From positions 3,736 through 67,735 of the forward strand of contig DSEQ01000025.1 of the NCBI GenBank assembly GCA_011056555.1: a stretch of DNA of 64,000 nt, in the 5' to 3' direction. A model generated the notes under the pieces. The model did not search any database. It saw only the letters and a program-made list of their open reading frames with translations, and was not told the origin of the DNA. Positions 19,257-28,833 of the stretch are shown here, piece after piece. Position 1 is the stretch's first letter. Every line of letters begins with the position of its first letter. The position numbers and the translations under genes are program-made. This DNA comes from Candidatus Zixiibacteriota bacterium (GTDB lineage Bacteria; Zixibacteria; MSB-5A5; JAABVY01).

Positions 19257-20363
19257 ATGAGTAATCCGAAAATGATTGTAAATTCATCAAATCTGCGAAC
19301 AATTTGTATCCTGACCATATCGATTTCAATAATTCTTTCAGCTGCTGCCTTATGCCAGCAGACCGGCGGGGAGAAACTGATTATAGGCACCAAACCGACC
19401 GCTCCATTCGCCATGAAAGCCGAGGATGGTTCATGGTATGGCATCAGTATCGAGCTCTGGCGCACGATTGCCTCGGATCTGGAGCTTGAATATGTGTTCG
19501 AGGAGCGTGATTTGCAGGGATTGCTGGAGGGACTCGAGGACGGCTCCCTCGATCTGGTGGTCTCGGCCCTCACCATAAATTCCGAGCGCGAGGAAAAATT
19601 CGATTTCTCTCATCCCTTCTACAGCGCCGGTCTGACGATAGCATCATCTGCATCGGGAGGGGCCAGCTTTCTCAATGTCGCCCAGGGGCTTCTTTCCTCC
19701 CAGTTCATCCGGGTGGTAGCCATACTGGTCTTCATACTGCTTGTCACCGGTTTTTTGGTGTGGGCCTTTGAACGAAAACGCAACGCTGAACAATTCGGCG
19801 GAGGAATCGGAAAAGGTATCGGTTCCGGATTCTGGTGGTCAGCAGTTACCATGACCACCGTAGGTTATGGAGACAAGGCGCCCAAAACTTTCGGCGGGCG
19901 GATTGTGGCCCTGATCTGGATGTTTGCCGCTATCATTATCATATCCAGTCTTACGGCAGCTATTGCCTCGGCCCTGACGGTCTCTAAACTCGAGGCCAGG
20001 ATAAGCGGACCGGAGGATTTGCCCCGGGTGGAGGTGGGTACGATTGCCAGTTCCACCAGCGAGAAATATCTTCAGAATAATAAGATTAACTTCAGCACTT
20101 ATGATAGTCCCGGAGACGGCCTTAAAGCAGTGGCCCAGGGGGAGATAGATGCCTTCGTTTATGACGCGCCAATTCTCAGATATTTGATTAACAATAACTT
20201 CAAGGGTAAGCTGAAAACCCTGCCATCGACTTTCTTGCACCAGGATTACGGCATCGCTCTTTCAAACGGGAGGCCACTACGAGAAGCGATAAATATTGTC
20301 CTCTTGCGCGAAATCGCCCGACCGGAATGGGAAAGCCTTCTCGATAGATATATGGGAAAATGA
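19257..20363 (+). CDS. GluR0-like ligand-gated K+ channel (split SBP family 3 domain + pore loop)
   Basis: Signal peptide, S1 lobe, TM, WW..VTMTTVGYGD selectivity filter, TM, S2 lobe. Confidence 0.88.
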   Translation: MSNPKMIVNSSNLRTICILTISISIILSAAALCQQTGGEKLIIGTKPTAPFAMKAEDGSWYGISIELWRTIASDLELEYVFEERDLQGLLEGLEDGSLDLVVSALTINSEREEKFDFSHPFYSAGLTIASSASGGASFLNVAQGLLSSQFIRVVAILVFILLVTGFLVWAFERKRNAEQFGGGIGKGIGSGFWWSAVTMTTVGYGDKAPKTFGGRIVALIWMFAAIIIISSLTAAIASALTVSKLEARISGPEDLPRVEVGTIASSTSEKYLQNNKINFSTYDSPGDGLKAVAQGEIDAFVYDAPILRYLINNNFKGKLKTLPSTFLHQDYGIALSNGRPLREAINIVLLREIARPEWESLLDRYMGK

Positions 20364-20442
20364 ATGTGCGGAATTCTGTATCGGGATTATCAATAATCAT
20401 AAGCGTCTTCCTTTCAACAAGTTAAAAAATTCCGACAAAAAG

Positions 20443-20482
20443 TGTAGAACTTTTTAATCCAGTTGTTGTTGAATATTCTACA
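20443..20482. promoter_or_regulatory. Putative binding sites of the adjacent sigma54 response regulator
   Basis: TGTTGAATATTCTACA (20467-20482) and weaker TGTAGAACTTTTTAAT (20443-20458) match the boxes at 32833-32868. Confidence 0.6.
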
Positions 20483-20514
20483 TAATTGTTGATCCATATA
20501 CTAAAGATTAACCC

Positions 20515-21570
20515 ATGTTTAAAACCAATAAATTATACCTGGTACTTCTGATCGTCATCACGGCAGCGACACTTACGCTGCATTATTATGGCCTTCTGTT
20601 CGAAGGTGTCCTGGGACATTCGCATCTGATCCATGTCATCCATGCGCGTCTGTGCTACATACCGATTGTTCTTGGCGCGGTTTGGTTCGGACTGCGCGGG
20701 GGCATTACTACCGCTGTTGTTATTTCGATTTTCGCGGTTCTGTACATCCAGCTCAAGCCGGTAATCATTGCTGAAGATCTGATAAATGAATACACTGAGA
20801 TCGCATTTTATCTGGCGATCGGCGGCATGGCCGGAATTTTGGTCGACAGGGATCGTTCATTTGTGCGCAAGAAGGAAGAGGCTGAGAGAAAGCTCCAGCA
20901 GGCACAAAGGCTCTCCATGATGGGCCAGATGACCGCTTCCATTGCGCATGAGATCAAGAATCCGCTTGGGTCGATCAAGGGCGCCTCGCAGATTTTGAAG
21001 GATGATTCGCTTTCGGACGAAGAGAAGCATGAGTTTGCGGAAATGATAGAAAAGGAAGCCGACAGGCTCGATTTTGTGGTCAAGGATTTTCTGTCCTATG
21101 CCCGCCCATCCCCATCCAGGTTTTCTGAAATAGACCTGCGCGAAATTCTGAATTCGGCCTATAAACAGCTTAAATATCAGGCTCGTGACAGTAATATCGA
21201 AATAAATATGGATTTTGACGAGGTCCCCTCGATCAAGGCCGACCCCGACAAGCTGCGCCAGGTATTTCTCAACATATTGCTCAACTCATTTCAGGCTATG
21301 CCTGATGGAGGAAAAATCGAGATAAAGTGCCTTCACGATAACGGTGATGCCGTGATAATCATCAGAGATAATGGTATCGGTATCCCCGTGCAGGATCTGG
21401 ACAAAATATACGATCCGTTCTACACTACCAAGAGCCGCGGTTCAGGCCTGGGACTGGCAACTACAAAAGCAATTATCGAAGAGCACAACGGCGCCATCAA
21501 AGCCGACAGCGCCAGGGGTGAGGGCACAACATTCAAAATATCGCTGCCAATTGAAGGTGCGGAGCATTAA
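20515..21570 (+). CDS. Intramembrane-sensing histidine kinase (His-rich TM region)
   Basis: Four hydrophobic segments with HYY/HSH/HVIH, H-box IAHEIKNPL, NILLNS, DNGIGI, FYTTK, GSGLGL. Confidence 0.92.
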   Translation: MFKTNKLYLVLLIVITAATLTLHYYGLLFEGVLGHSHLIHVIHARLCYIPIVLGAVWFGLRGGITTAVVISIFAVLYIQLKPVIIAEDLINEYTEIAFYLAIGGMAGILVDRDRSFVRKKEEAERKLQQAQRLSMMGQMTASIAHEIKNPLGSIKGASQILKDDSLSDEEKHEFAEMIEKEADRLDFVVKDFLSYARPSPSRFSEIDLREILNSAYKQLKYQARDSNIEINMDFDEVPSIKADPDKLRQVFLNILLNSFQAMPDGGKIEIKCLHDNGDAVIIIRDNGIGIPVQDLDKIYDPFYTTKSRGSGLGLATTKAIIEEHNGAIKADSARGEGTTFKISLPIEGAEH

Positions 21571-21571
21571 T

Positions 21572-22924
21572 ATGAATAATGAGAGAATACTGGTTGTGGA
21601 TGATGATGCCTCGCTCAGGAGGATTATCGAGTTCCACCTGAAAAAAAAAGGCTACAAACTAACTGCCCTGGAAACTGCGGAAGAGGCCGTTAAGCATCTC
21701 AAAAAATCCAACTTCGAGCTTCTGATATCCGACATCAAAATGTCGGGTATGGACGGCCTGGATTTACTGCAGATAGCGCAGGAAATAAAGCCCGATCTGC
21801 CCGTGATTTTCATCACAGCCTTCGGGACTATTGAGATGGCGGTGGAGGCCATGAAGCTGGGAGCCTATGACTATATCACCAAGCCCTTTGATCTGGATGA
21901 TTTCATGCATACGGTGGAAAAAGCTCTGGACTATCACAGGCTTCTGGATGAAAACCTCAGGCTCAAGAAAGAGCTCAAGAACAGGGATTCATTTTCCAAT
22001 ATTATTGCCGCCTCAAAGCCGATGGAGGAAATTTTTAACAGCGTCAGGAAGGTGGCCAACACCGACACAACAGTGCTCATAACGGGTGAGTCGGGCACCG
22101 GTAAGGAGCTGATCGCCAGGGCCATACACCGGGAGAGCGAACGTTCCGACAATCCCATGATAACGGTCAATTGCGCCGCAATTCCCCGGGACCTTTTGGA
22201 GAGCGAACTGTTCGGCCATGTCGCCGGAGCATTTACCGGTGCGGTCAAGAACAAGACCGGTAAGTTTCAATTGGCTGACGGGGGAACGATCTTCCTGGAT
22301 GAGATCGGCGACCTTAGCATGGAACTGCAGGCCAAGCTCTTGCGAGTACTGGAAAATAGAGTGGTTGAACCGGTTGGATCGAATGAGTCCACGCCGGTAG
22401 ACATAAGGGTACTGGCGGCAACCAATCAAGACCTTAATAAAAAACTGAAAGCGGGTGAATTCAGGGAAGATCTGTTTTACCGTCTCAATGTCATTCCGAT
22501 CAATATTCCTCCCCTGCGCGAGCGCCGGGAAGATATTCCCCTCCTGGTGAAACACTTTCTCAACGAATACTCCGACAGTAAGAGACTATCCATTGATCCG
22601 AAAGCTCTCAAGGAATTAAGCGAGTATGACTGGCCCGGTAATGTGCGTGAATTAAAAAACCTGTTGAAGAGAATCGCTGTGCTGGCTGAGAACAGCAAGA
22701 TCATGCCTTCCGATCTTCCGCCTGAGATAAAATCAGAAGGCAGCCGGAAAACCGGCGAAGACAGAGCCGGTAACAATTCCCTGCAGGAAACTGAAAAAAA
22801 TGCGATAGTAGATGCTTTAAGGAAGACGGGATGGAACCAGACGCGGGCTGCCAAACGCCTGCAGATACCCCGACATATATTGATCTACCGCATGAAGAAG
22901 TACGGCATCAGAGAAGAAGAATAG
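21572..22924 (+). CDS. Sigma54-dependent response regulator (NtrC/ZraR family)
   Basis: Receiver ILVVDDD...SDIKM, GESGTGKE, ESELFGH, GAFTGA, WPGNVREL, C-terminal Fis-type HTH. Confidence 0.95.
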   Translation: MNNERILVVDDDASLRRIIEFHLKKKGYKLTALETAEEAVKHLKKSNFELLISDIKMSGMDGLDLLQIAQEIKPDLPVIFITAFGTIEMAVEAMKLGAYDYITKPFDLDDFMHTVEKALDYHRLLDENLRLKKELKNRDSFSNIIAASKPMEEIFNSVRKVANTDTTVLITGESGTGKELIARAIHRESERSDNPMITVNCAAIPRDLLESELFGHVAGAFTGAVKNKTGKFQLADGGTIFLDEIGDLSMELQAKLLRVLENRVVEPVGSNESTPVDIRVLAATNQDLNKKLKAGEFREDLFYRLNVIPINIPPLRERREDIPLLVKHFLNEYSDSKRLSIDPKALKELSEYDWPGNVRELKNLLKRIAVLAENSKIMPSDLPPEIKSEGSRKTGEDRAGNNSLQETEKNAIVDALRKTGWNQTRAAKRLQIPRHILIYRMKKYGIREEE

Positions 22925-22945
22925 AAAACCTGAGCCGATCTACGG

Positions 22946-23485
22946 TTACTTCAGATGAATCATTTTCCCGATAGTGTAGTAATTGTCGGCGGCAAAAATG
23001 TAGAAGTAGACGCCGCTGGAGAGAGATGCGCCGTCCTCGTTGCGACCGTTCCAAGTAACCTCGTAATCGCCCGGAAAATCAATCTCATCTTTAATGATTC
23101 TAACCTTCTGGCCAAAAATATTATAGACCGCAATATAGACGTAGGCCTCTACCGGAAGGCTGTATTTGATCACGGTGCTTGAATTGAAGGGATTGGGATA
23201 ATTTTGCGGCAGAAGAATTTGGAAGTCCTCGTTTTCTTTTGCCGCTTTCTCGGCCAGTTTTTCTGCCAGTTCCTCGGGGCTGACTTGTTCAAATTCGCCG
23301 TTACCGGAGTTTCGCGAATAGACCTGGAACGGTTTTTCAGCATCAGTTGAAATCTCAACTCTCTCGGCCTGCTCCTCGGCCTCTTCTATTTTCTCCGCCG
23401 GGCGATCGGGGTCCTCCCTGGAGAAGACATTATTGGAGATGCCCATAAAAATTAGAGTTAAAACTAAATGCACCATTACTTTCAT
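22946..23485 (-). CDS. Small secreted protein with FlgD-Ig/CTD-like domain
   Basis: Signal peptide, acidic linker, QNYPNPFNSST.I.YSLP...WNG...SSGVYFY...KMIHLK. Confidence 0.8.
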   Translation of the reverse strand: MKVMVHLVLTLIFMGISNNVFSREDPDRPAEKIEEAEEQAERVEISTDAEKPFQVYSRNSGNGEFEQVSPEELAEKLAEKAAKENEDFQILLPQNYPNPFNSSTVIKYSLPVEAYVYIAVYNIFGQKVRIIKDEIDFPGDYEVTWNGRNEDGASLSSGVYFYIFAADNYYTIGKMIHLK

Positions 23486-23602
23486 TATTAACTCCTGGTG
23501 CCGTGTTGATTATCTATTATAATTTAAGATTTTCCGAGCCAAAAACAACAGCAAATGACTGTTAAGAAAAATCCTGCCGTTTACATAATTCGGCCCTTTA
23601 TG

Positions 23603-24154
23603 CTACCATGAATCAGGGCTCAATGCTGGACGGCTTTCGGTATGAAAATGATAATAATGATAACCTTCATCCTCATGACCCATATGCATGCCCCTGCCGT
23701 CATGGCCCATGATACCATTCTCATTGAACATGATCATGTAATCGGTTCCATAATGCAGAGCGGAATCGGGCATGAATTCGCAGCTATCGAGATTTTCGTT
23801 CCAGTTAAACCTTCCGCCCCATTCAATTGAATCAATCCAGACCATCATATGGTTTCTGCGGATCATATTCATATGTCCCATTCCACCGTAGTGATCAAGT
23901 GAATCCATCCACTCATGCATCGGTTCTCCGCCGGAAAAATAGCTGTACAAGCGCACAGACTGTGTATCCATTGGCATATTGAATGCCATATGCAGTGATG
24001 TTTCGGTTGATACTGAGGACGCTCCGTCAGCCGGGATTATGCGCAGCAGTTCCGGATCCAGATTCGAGCTTTCCCCCGGTGAATCGTCGTTGCATGAGAT
24101 TAAGAGCAAAAATAAAATGGCCAGACCCCCCATAATAAGCGTTGCGTTTTTCAT
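23603..24154 (-). CDS. His/Met-rich lipoprotein with bacterial Ig-like (Big_5-like) fold
   Basis: Lipobox LLISC, P.DGASSV......FN.PMD, F.P...L..GT.Y; inserts HYGGMGHMNM and MGHDGRGMHMGH. Confidence 0.65.
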   Translation of the reverse strand: MKNATLIMGGLAILFLLLISCNDDSPGESSNLDPELLRIIPADGASSVSTETSLHMAFNMPMDTQSVRLYSYFSGGEPMHEWMDSLDHYGGMGHMNMIRRNHMMVWIDSIEWGGRFNWNENLDSCEFMPDSALHYGTDYMIMFNENGIMGHDGRGMHMGHEDEGYHYYHFHTESRPALSPDSW

Positions 24155-24203
24155 AAGTCTCTCCTGTGCTTATTCTTAGCTCGAGAACACCCGTGATCGA
24201 GCT

Positions 24204-24422
24204 TCAGCTTATTAGATCTTTTTTCTTCTCGTCATATTCTTCTTTGGAGATCTCGCCGGAAGCATAGCGTCGTTTCAGAACCTCCATTGCTGACGGTTCC
24301 TGTGATCGAGAAGAAGTTCTGTCGACCGTAAATTTTATCAGGAACACTATACCGATAACCACCAGGACCCAAAATATTATCATCCAGAGACCTCCGTAAG
24401 CCATATGATCATATCCGAACAT
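24204..24422 (-). CDS. SHOCT-domain small membrane protein
   Basis: One TM helix followed by AMEVLKRRYASGEISKEEY. Confidence 0.85.
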   Translation of the reverse strand: MFGYDHMAYGGLWMIIFWVLVVIGIVFLIKFTVDRTSSRSQEPSAMEVLKRRYASGEISKEEYDEKKKDLIS

Positions 24423-24505
24423 GCTGCACCGCCCTTGATTCTAAGCGGGCAGGCTCGAAAGTCGAATGTCGGCCTGCCCGGACATACATTTCGTTATGCT
24501 TCAAC

Positions 24506-24928
24506 TTAGTTAGAATCCTCCTTTTTGTTTTCGCCAGATTCCATCTGCATCTTTTTCTGCTCGGACATCTGGCCACCCATCATCTGCATCATTTTCTGTC
24601 CCATTTGGCTATGATCAGCCATCATCTGATGCATATTCTGCATCATATCCCGATGCTGGACCATCTCGTCCCTGAGTTCTGTGCAGTCTTCCATATCCAT
24701 CATGGTATTGAAGTGCTGCTCCATTTTTTCGAAATTAGTCATCATGGTTTCAGACTGATGGACCATGTTTTTCATCATGTTTTGCTGGCTCATCATCATG
24801 GAATCATCGGACATCATCATATGCTGTCCCTTATCGTCGCCGCGCATCTCCTGCTGGGCGGTTGCAAATGCGAACAGCATCAAGAGCGCCACCCCCAGAA
24901 ATATGCCAAAAGTAAACTGCCGTTTCAT
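24506..24928 (-). CDS. Met-rich periplasmic protein (putative Cu/Ag binder)
   Basis: AGGAGG RBS, signal peptide, about 30 Met in 140 aa plus several His. Confidence 0.75.
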   Translation of the reverse strand: MKRQFTFGIFLGVALLMLFAFATAQQEMRGDDKGQHMMMSDDSMMMSQQNMMKNMVHQSETMMTNFEKMEQHFNTMMDMEDCTELRDEMVQHRDMMQNMHQMMADHSQMGQKMMQMMGGQMSEQKKMQMESGENKKEDSN

Positions 24929-25043
24929 CGTATCCTCCTTTTTTGGATTGGTTCAAAGCTTTGTGCTGCAAGCTTTGATATAAACTGTTTTCTGCTCGTT
25001 AGGTAAAACAAAAGAAACCGCTCCCTCGTTCCGCCTAAATAAT

Positions 25044-28000
25044 TCAGGAGGATTTGTCAGCTTTCAATGTTTTTCTCATTTTTTGTTCTGCGATAGCGCT
25101 GTACAATACCGGTACCACAAACACTGTTATCAGGACTACAGTCATTCCGCCGAATGACGGTATCGCCATCGGAACCATAATATCCGAGCCTTTGCCGGTT
25201 GAAGTCAGGACAGGTATCAGCGCAAGGATAGTAGTACCCGCGGTCATCAATGCCGGACGGATTCTGCGCCTGGCCGCCTCCACAGTGGCCTCACGGATTT
25301 CCCCGACCGTCACAGGCTTTCTTCTGTCAAAAACCTGCCGCAGATAGGTTGCAACTATAACGCCGTTATCGGTGGCGATTCCGAACAGAGCCAGAAACCC
25401 CACCCATACCGCAACCGAAAGGTTGTATTGCCGAACCTGGAAGAGCTCGCGGAAATCGACTCCGAAGAGCGAGAAGTTCAGGAACCATCCCTGGCCGTAA
25501 AACCAGAGCATCAAAAACCCGCCGGCCCAGGCCACAAAAATACCCGAGAAAACCAGAAGCGTGGTGGGCACATTCTTAAACTGAAAATAGAGTATTAAAA
25601 AGATGATCAGCAGGGATAATGGAAGTACAACAATAAGTTTCTTTTCAGCCCTGACCTGATTCTCATAACTGCCGGCAAAGCTGTAGCTTACCCCGGCAGG
25701 AATATCGAAATCGCCTTTATTGATTTTTGATTTCAGATAATTATCGGCCGCCTGTACCACCTCGACCTCGGCATAATTCGGCTTCTTATCGAATATCACA
25801 TATCCGACGAGAAATGTATCCTCAGACTTTATGACCATCGGGCCCCTGCGAAATTCTATCTCGGCTAATTCCTTCAATGGTATCTGGGTACCGTCAGCCG
25901 CCGGAACAAGAATATCGCCCAGACTTTCCAGTGTATTTCTCAGCTCCCGAGGATAGCGCACTCGTACCGGATAACGCTCGCGGCCTTCCACTGTGGTGGT
26001 CAGACGTTTTCCTCCGACTGCAACCTCTATGATGTCCTGTATCTTTCTTATATGTATGCCATAGCGGGCAATCTTATGCCGGTCGATATCTATTTCCAGA
26101 TAAGGCTTGCCGACAATTCTATCGGCGATGACCGAAGCCGGTTCCACCTGCGGCACCTCTTTCAGATATTTTTCGATTTGATAACCGACCTGCTCGATCG
26201 TCTCCAGGTCGGGACCTTTGACTTTGACTCCCATCGGAGCGCGCATGCCCGACTGCAGCATCACTATGCGCGTGGCAATAGGCTGGAGTTTCGGGGCCGA
26301 GGTTGTACCCGGTAATTTGCCCGCCTTGATAATTTCATCCCAGATGTCATCGGGACTGTTAATATGATCGCGCCACTGACGATACGGTCTGCCGTCATCG
26401 TCGGGTATAAGCTCGCCCTTTTCATCCCGCACAAATTCATCCTTTTCGCGATCATATTTGAATTTCAAGACCTTACCGTCCTTGTTGGTCCTGTATTCCG
26501 ACTTATAATTTATGATCGTTTCAATCATGGAAATCGGGGCCGGATCAAGGGGCGAATCGACCCGTCCGATCTTTCCAACCACATTCTCAACTTCAGGGAT
26601 GGCATTAAAAGCCTTGTCCTGCAACTGGAGTACCTCCAGTGCCTCGCCTATCGAGGCATGCGGCATGGTGGTGGGCATGTACAGAAACGATCCCTCGTCC
26701 AGATCGGGCATGAATTCTTTGCCCAGTCCCGGGAATGTATGGTTAAGCGATGTATATACCTGCGTGGATCTCACAAAATCAGGCATGAAACCGAAGATTT
26801 TATTGAATCCGAGCCAGATTGAAATCCCCAAAAAGACCAGAAGTGTCGGGACCGCAAGAAAGAGCAGCTTATGTTCGAGACACCATCTCAGCACCGGTTC
26901 ATAAATTCTCATCAATCCTATAAAGAGCAACAAGATTCCGCCAATTAAGATAATAACGAATATTAAATTCAGCAGGAATCCATTGCCAATGCCCAGAGGC
27001 ATCCAGTGATGGGCCAGAAATACTCCCACTACCAGCACTATCAAGTAATTGACATAGCGCGGGATTAATGACTGCACTTCCTGCGGGATATATTTTTTGA
27101 ATTGCAGATAGGCCGCAATCAAAACAAGCGCGATTCCGGCCAGCCACAATGACCAGAAGACCGCAATAAACGCTCCCGCCAGGAATATCCCGATCGGCAG
27201 TATGCTTTTAAACCTGGATAATTTTGCCTTGCGGGTGAATAGTAAATCTGCGAAGGGAGGTATAATTGTCAGGGCCACTATGACCGAAGCTACCAGTGCA
27301 AATGTCTTTGTATATGCCAGCGGCTTGAACAGCTTGCCCTCAGCGGCAACCATCGTGAACACCGGAAGAAACGAAATTACAGTGGTTAAGATAGCGGTCA
27401 GTACTGCGCCCCCGACTTCGGATGAGGCAGCGAATATAACATCCCGTTTATTTGCGTCAGGCGGGGCCTTCTCGAGGTGCCTGAGTATGTTCTCACAAAT
27501 AATCACCCCCATATCTACAATTGTACCGATGGCAATTGCAATACCCGAGAGCGCAACAATATTGGCATCCACTCCAAAAAGTTTCATACCGATGAACACC
27601 ATCAGGACTGTGATTGGCAGCAGCCCGGAGATCAGCAGGGAACTTCGTATGTGCATCAATATTACGATCACCACAATGATGGTTACAAGGATTTCATCCA
27701 CCAGGGCAGTATTCAATGTCCCCAATGTCTCATAGATGAGGCCGGTACGGTCGTAGAACGGCACTATTGTAACCTGGGTCTCGGTACCGTCAGAAAGGAC
27801 TTTCCTGGGAAGCCCGGGAGCGATCTCCTCGATTTTTTCTTTCACATGATTTATTGTCGCCAGCGGATTTTCTCCGTAACGAACAACCACTACACCGCCC
27901 ACAGCCTCTGCCCCGCCCTTATCCAGCGCGCCGCGCCTCATTGCCGGACCCAGAGACACAGTGGCAACATCCTGAATCCGGATGGGGACGTTTTCACGTT

Positions 28001-28823
28001 CGAGGATCACGGAACTTCGGATATCATCCAGACTTTCGATAAAACCAAGTCCGCGGATGACATATTCAACCCGATTTATCTCGATCGTCTTAGCCCCCAC
28101 GTCGACATTGGACATCCTGACCGCATTGAAGACATCGGTGAGTTTAATGTTGTGGGCCTTCAAAGCGCTGGGATCGACATCTATCTGATATTCCTGCACA
28201 TAACCGCCTATCGAGGCCACCTCGGAGACACCATCAGCCGACTGCAGGGCGTAACGAACGATGTAATCCTGGATCGATCTCAATTCATGCAGATCCCATC
28301 CACCTGTTGGATTACCGTCTTTGTCGCGGCCCTCGAGGGTGTACCAGAAGACCTGTCCTAATGCAGTCGCATCCGGCCCAAGCGAGGGCTGCACTCCTTC
28401 CGGCAGTGTACCGGTCGGGAGGGAATTCAGTTTCTCCAGCACACGCGAGCGTGACCAGTAGAACTCGACATCCTCCTTGAAGATCACATAGATGGTCGAA
28501 AATCCGAGATAGGAATAACTGCGGATTGTCTTGACACCAGGTATGCCCAGCAGCGAGACCGTCAATGGATATGTAATCTGGTCCTCAACATCCTGGGGTG
28601 AACGTCCCATCCACTCGGTAAAGACAATCTGCTGATTCTCGCCAATATCCGGAATAGCATCGACCGGAACAGGTTCACGCGGCAGATTGCCCAGATCCCA
28701 GTCAAAGGGAGCGACCATAATACCCCAGCCGATCACCATTATTGTCAGCACGGATACGACCAGCTTGTTGTCCAGGCAGTAGCGTATTATTTTATCGAGA
28801 ATAGAATGATTTCTGTTATTCAA
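25044..28823 (-). CDS. cusA: CusA/CzcA heavy-metal efflux RND permease
   Basis: VDAIPDIGENQ, GRSPQDVEDQITYP, GPDATALGQ, FMPDLDEG..LYMP, DPAPISMIET, RIRPALMT. Confidence 0.93.
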   Translation of the reverse strand: MNNRNHSILDKIIRYCLDNKLVVSVLTIMVIGWGIMVAPFDWDLGNLPREPVPVDAIPDIGENQQIVFTEWMGRSPQDVEDQITYPLTVSLLGIPGVKTIRSYSYLGFSTIYVIFKEDVEFYWSRSRVLEKLNSLPTGTLPEGVQPSLGPDATALGQVFWYTLEGRDKDGNPTGGWDLHELRSIQDYIVRYALQSADGVSEVASIGGYVQEYQIDVDPSALKAHNIKLTDVFNAVRMSNVDVGAKTIEINRVEYVIRGLGFIESLDDIRSSVILERENVPIRIQDVATVSLGPAMRRGALDKGGAEAVGGVVVVRYGENPLATINHVKEKIEEIAPGLPRKVLSDGTETQVTIVPFYDRTGLIYETLGTLNTALVDEILVTIIVVIVILMHIRSSLLISGLLPITVLMVFIGMKLFGVDANIVALSGIAIAIGTIVDMGVIICENILRHLEKAPPDANKRDVIFAASSEVGGAVLTAILTTVISFLPVFTMVAAEGKLFKPLAYTKTFALVASVIVALTIIPPFADLLFTRKAKLSRFKSILPIGIFLAGAFIAVFWSLWLAGIALVLIAAYLQFKKYIPQEVQSLIPRYVNYLIVLVVGVFLAHHWMPLGIGNGFLLNLIFVIILIGGILLLFIGLMRIYEPVLRWCLEHKLLFLAVPTLLVFLGISIWLGFNKIFGFMPDFVRSTQVYTSLNHTFPGLGKEFMPDLDEGSFLYMPTTMPHASIGEALEVLQLQDKAFNAIPEVENVVGKIGRVDSPLDPAPISMIETIINYKSEYRTNKDGKVLKFKYDREKDEFVRDEKGELIPDDDGRPYRQWRDHINSPDDIWDEIIKAGKLPGTTSAPKLQPIATRIVMLQSGMRAPMGVKVKGPDLETIEQVGYQIEKYLKEVPQVEPASVIADRIVGKPYLEIDIDRHKIARYGIHIRKIQDIIEVAVGGKRLTTTVEGRERYPVRVRYPRELRNTLESLGDILVPAADGTQIPLKELAEIEFRRGPMVIKSEDTFLVGYVIFDKKPNYAEVEVVQAADNYLKSKINKGDFDIPAGVSYSFAGSYENQVRAEKKLIVVLPLSLLIIFLILYFQFKNVPTTLLVFSGIFVAWAGGFLMLWFYGQGWFLNFSLFGVDFRELFQVRQYNLSVAVWVGFLALFGIATDNGVIVATYLRQVFDRRKPVTVGEIREATVEAARRRIRPALMTAGTTILALIPVLTSTGKGSDIMVPMAIPSFGGMTVVLITVFVVPVLYSAIAEQKMRKTLKADKSS

Positions 28824-28833
28824 ATCAGCCCTC

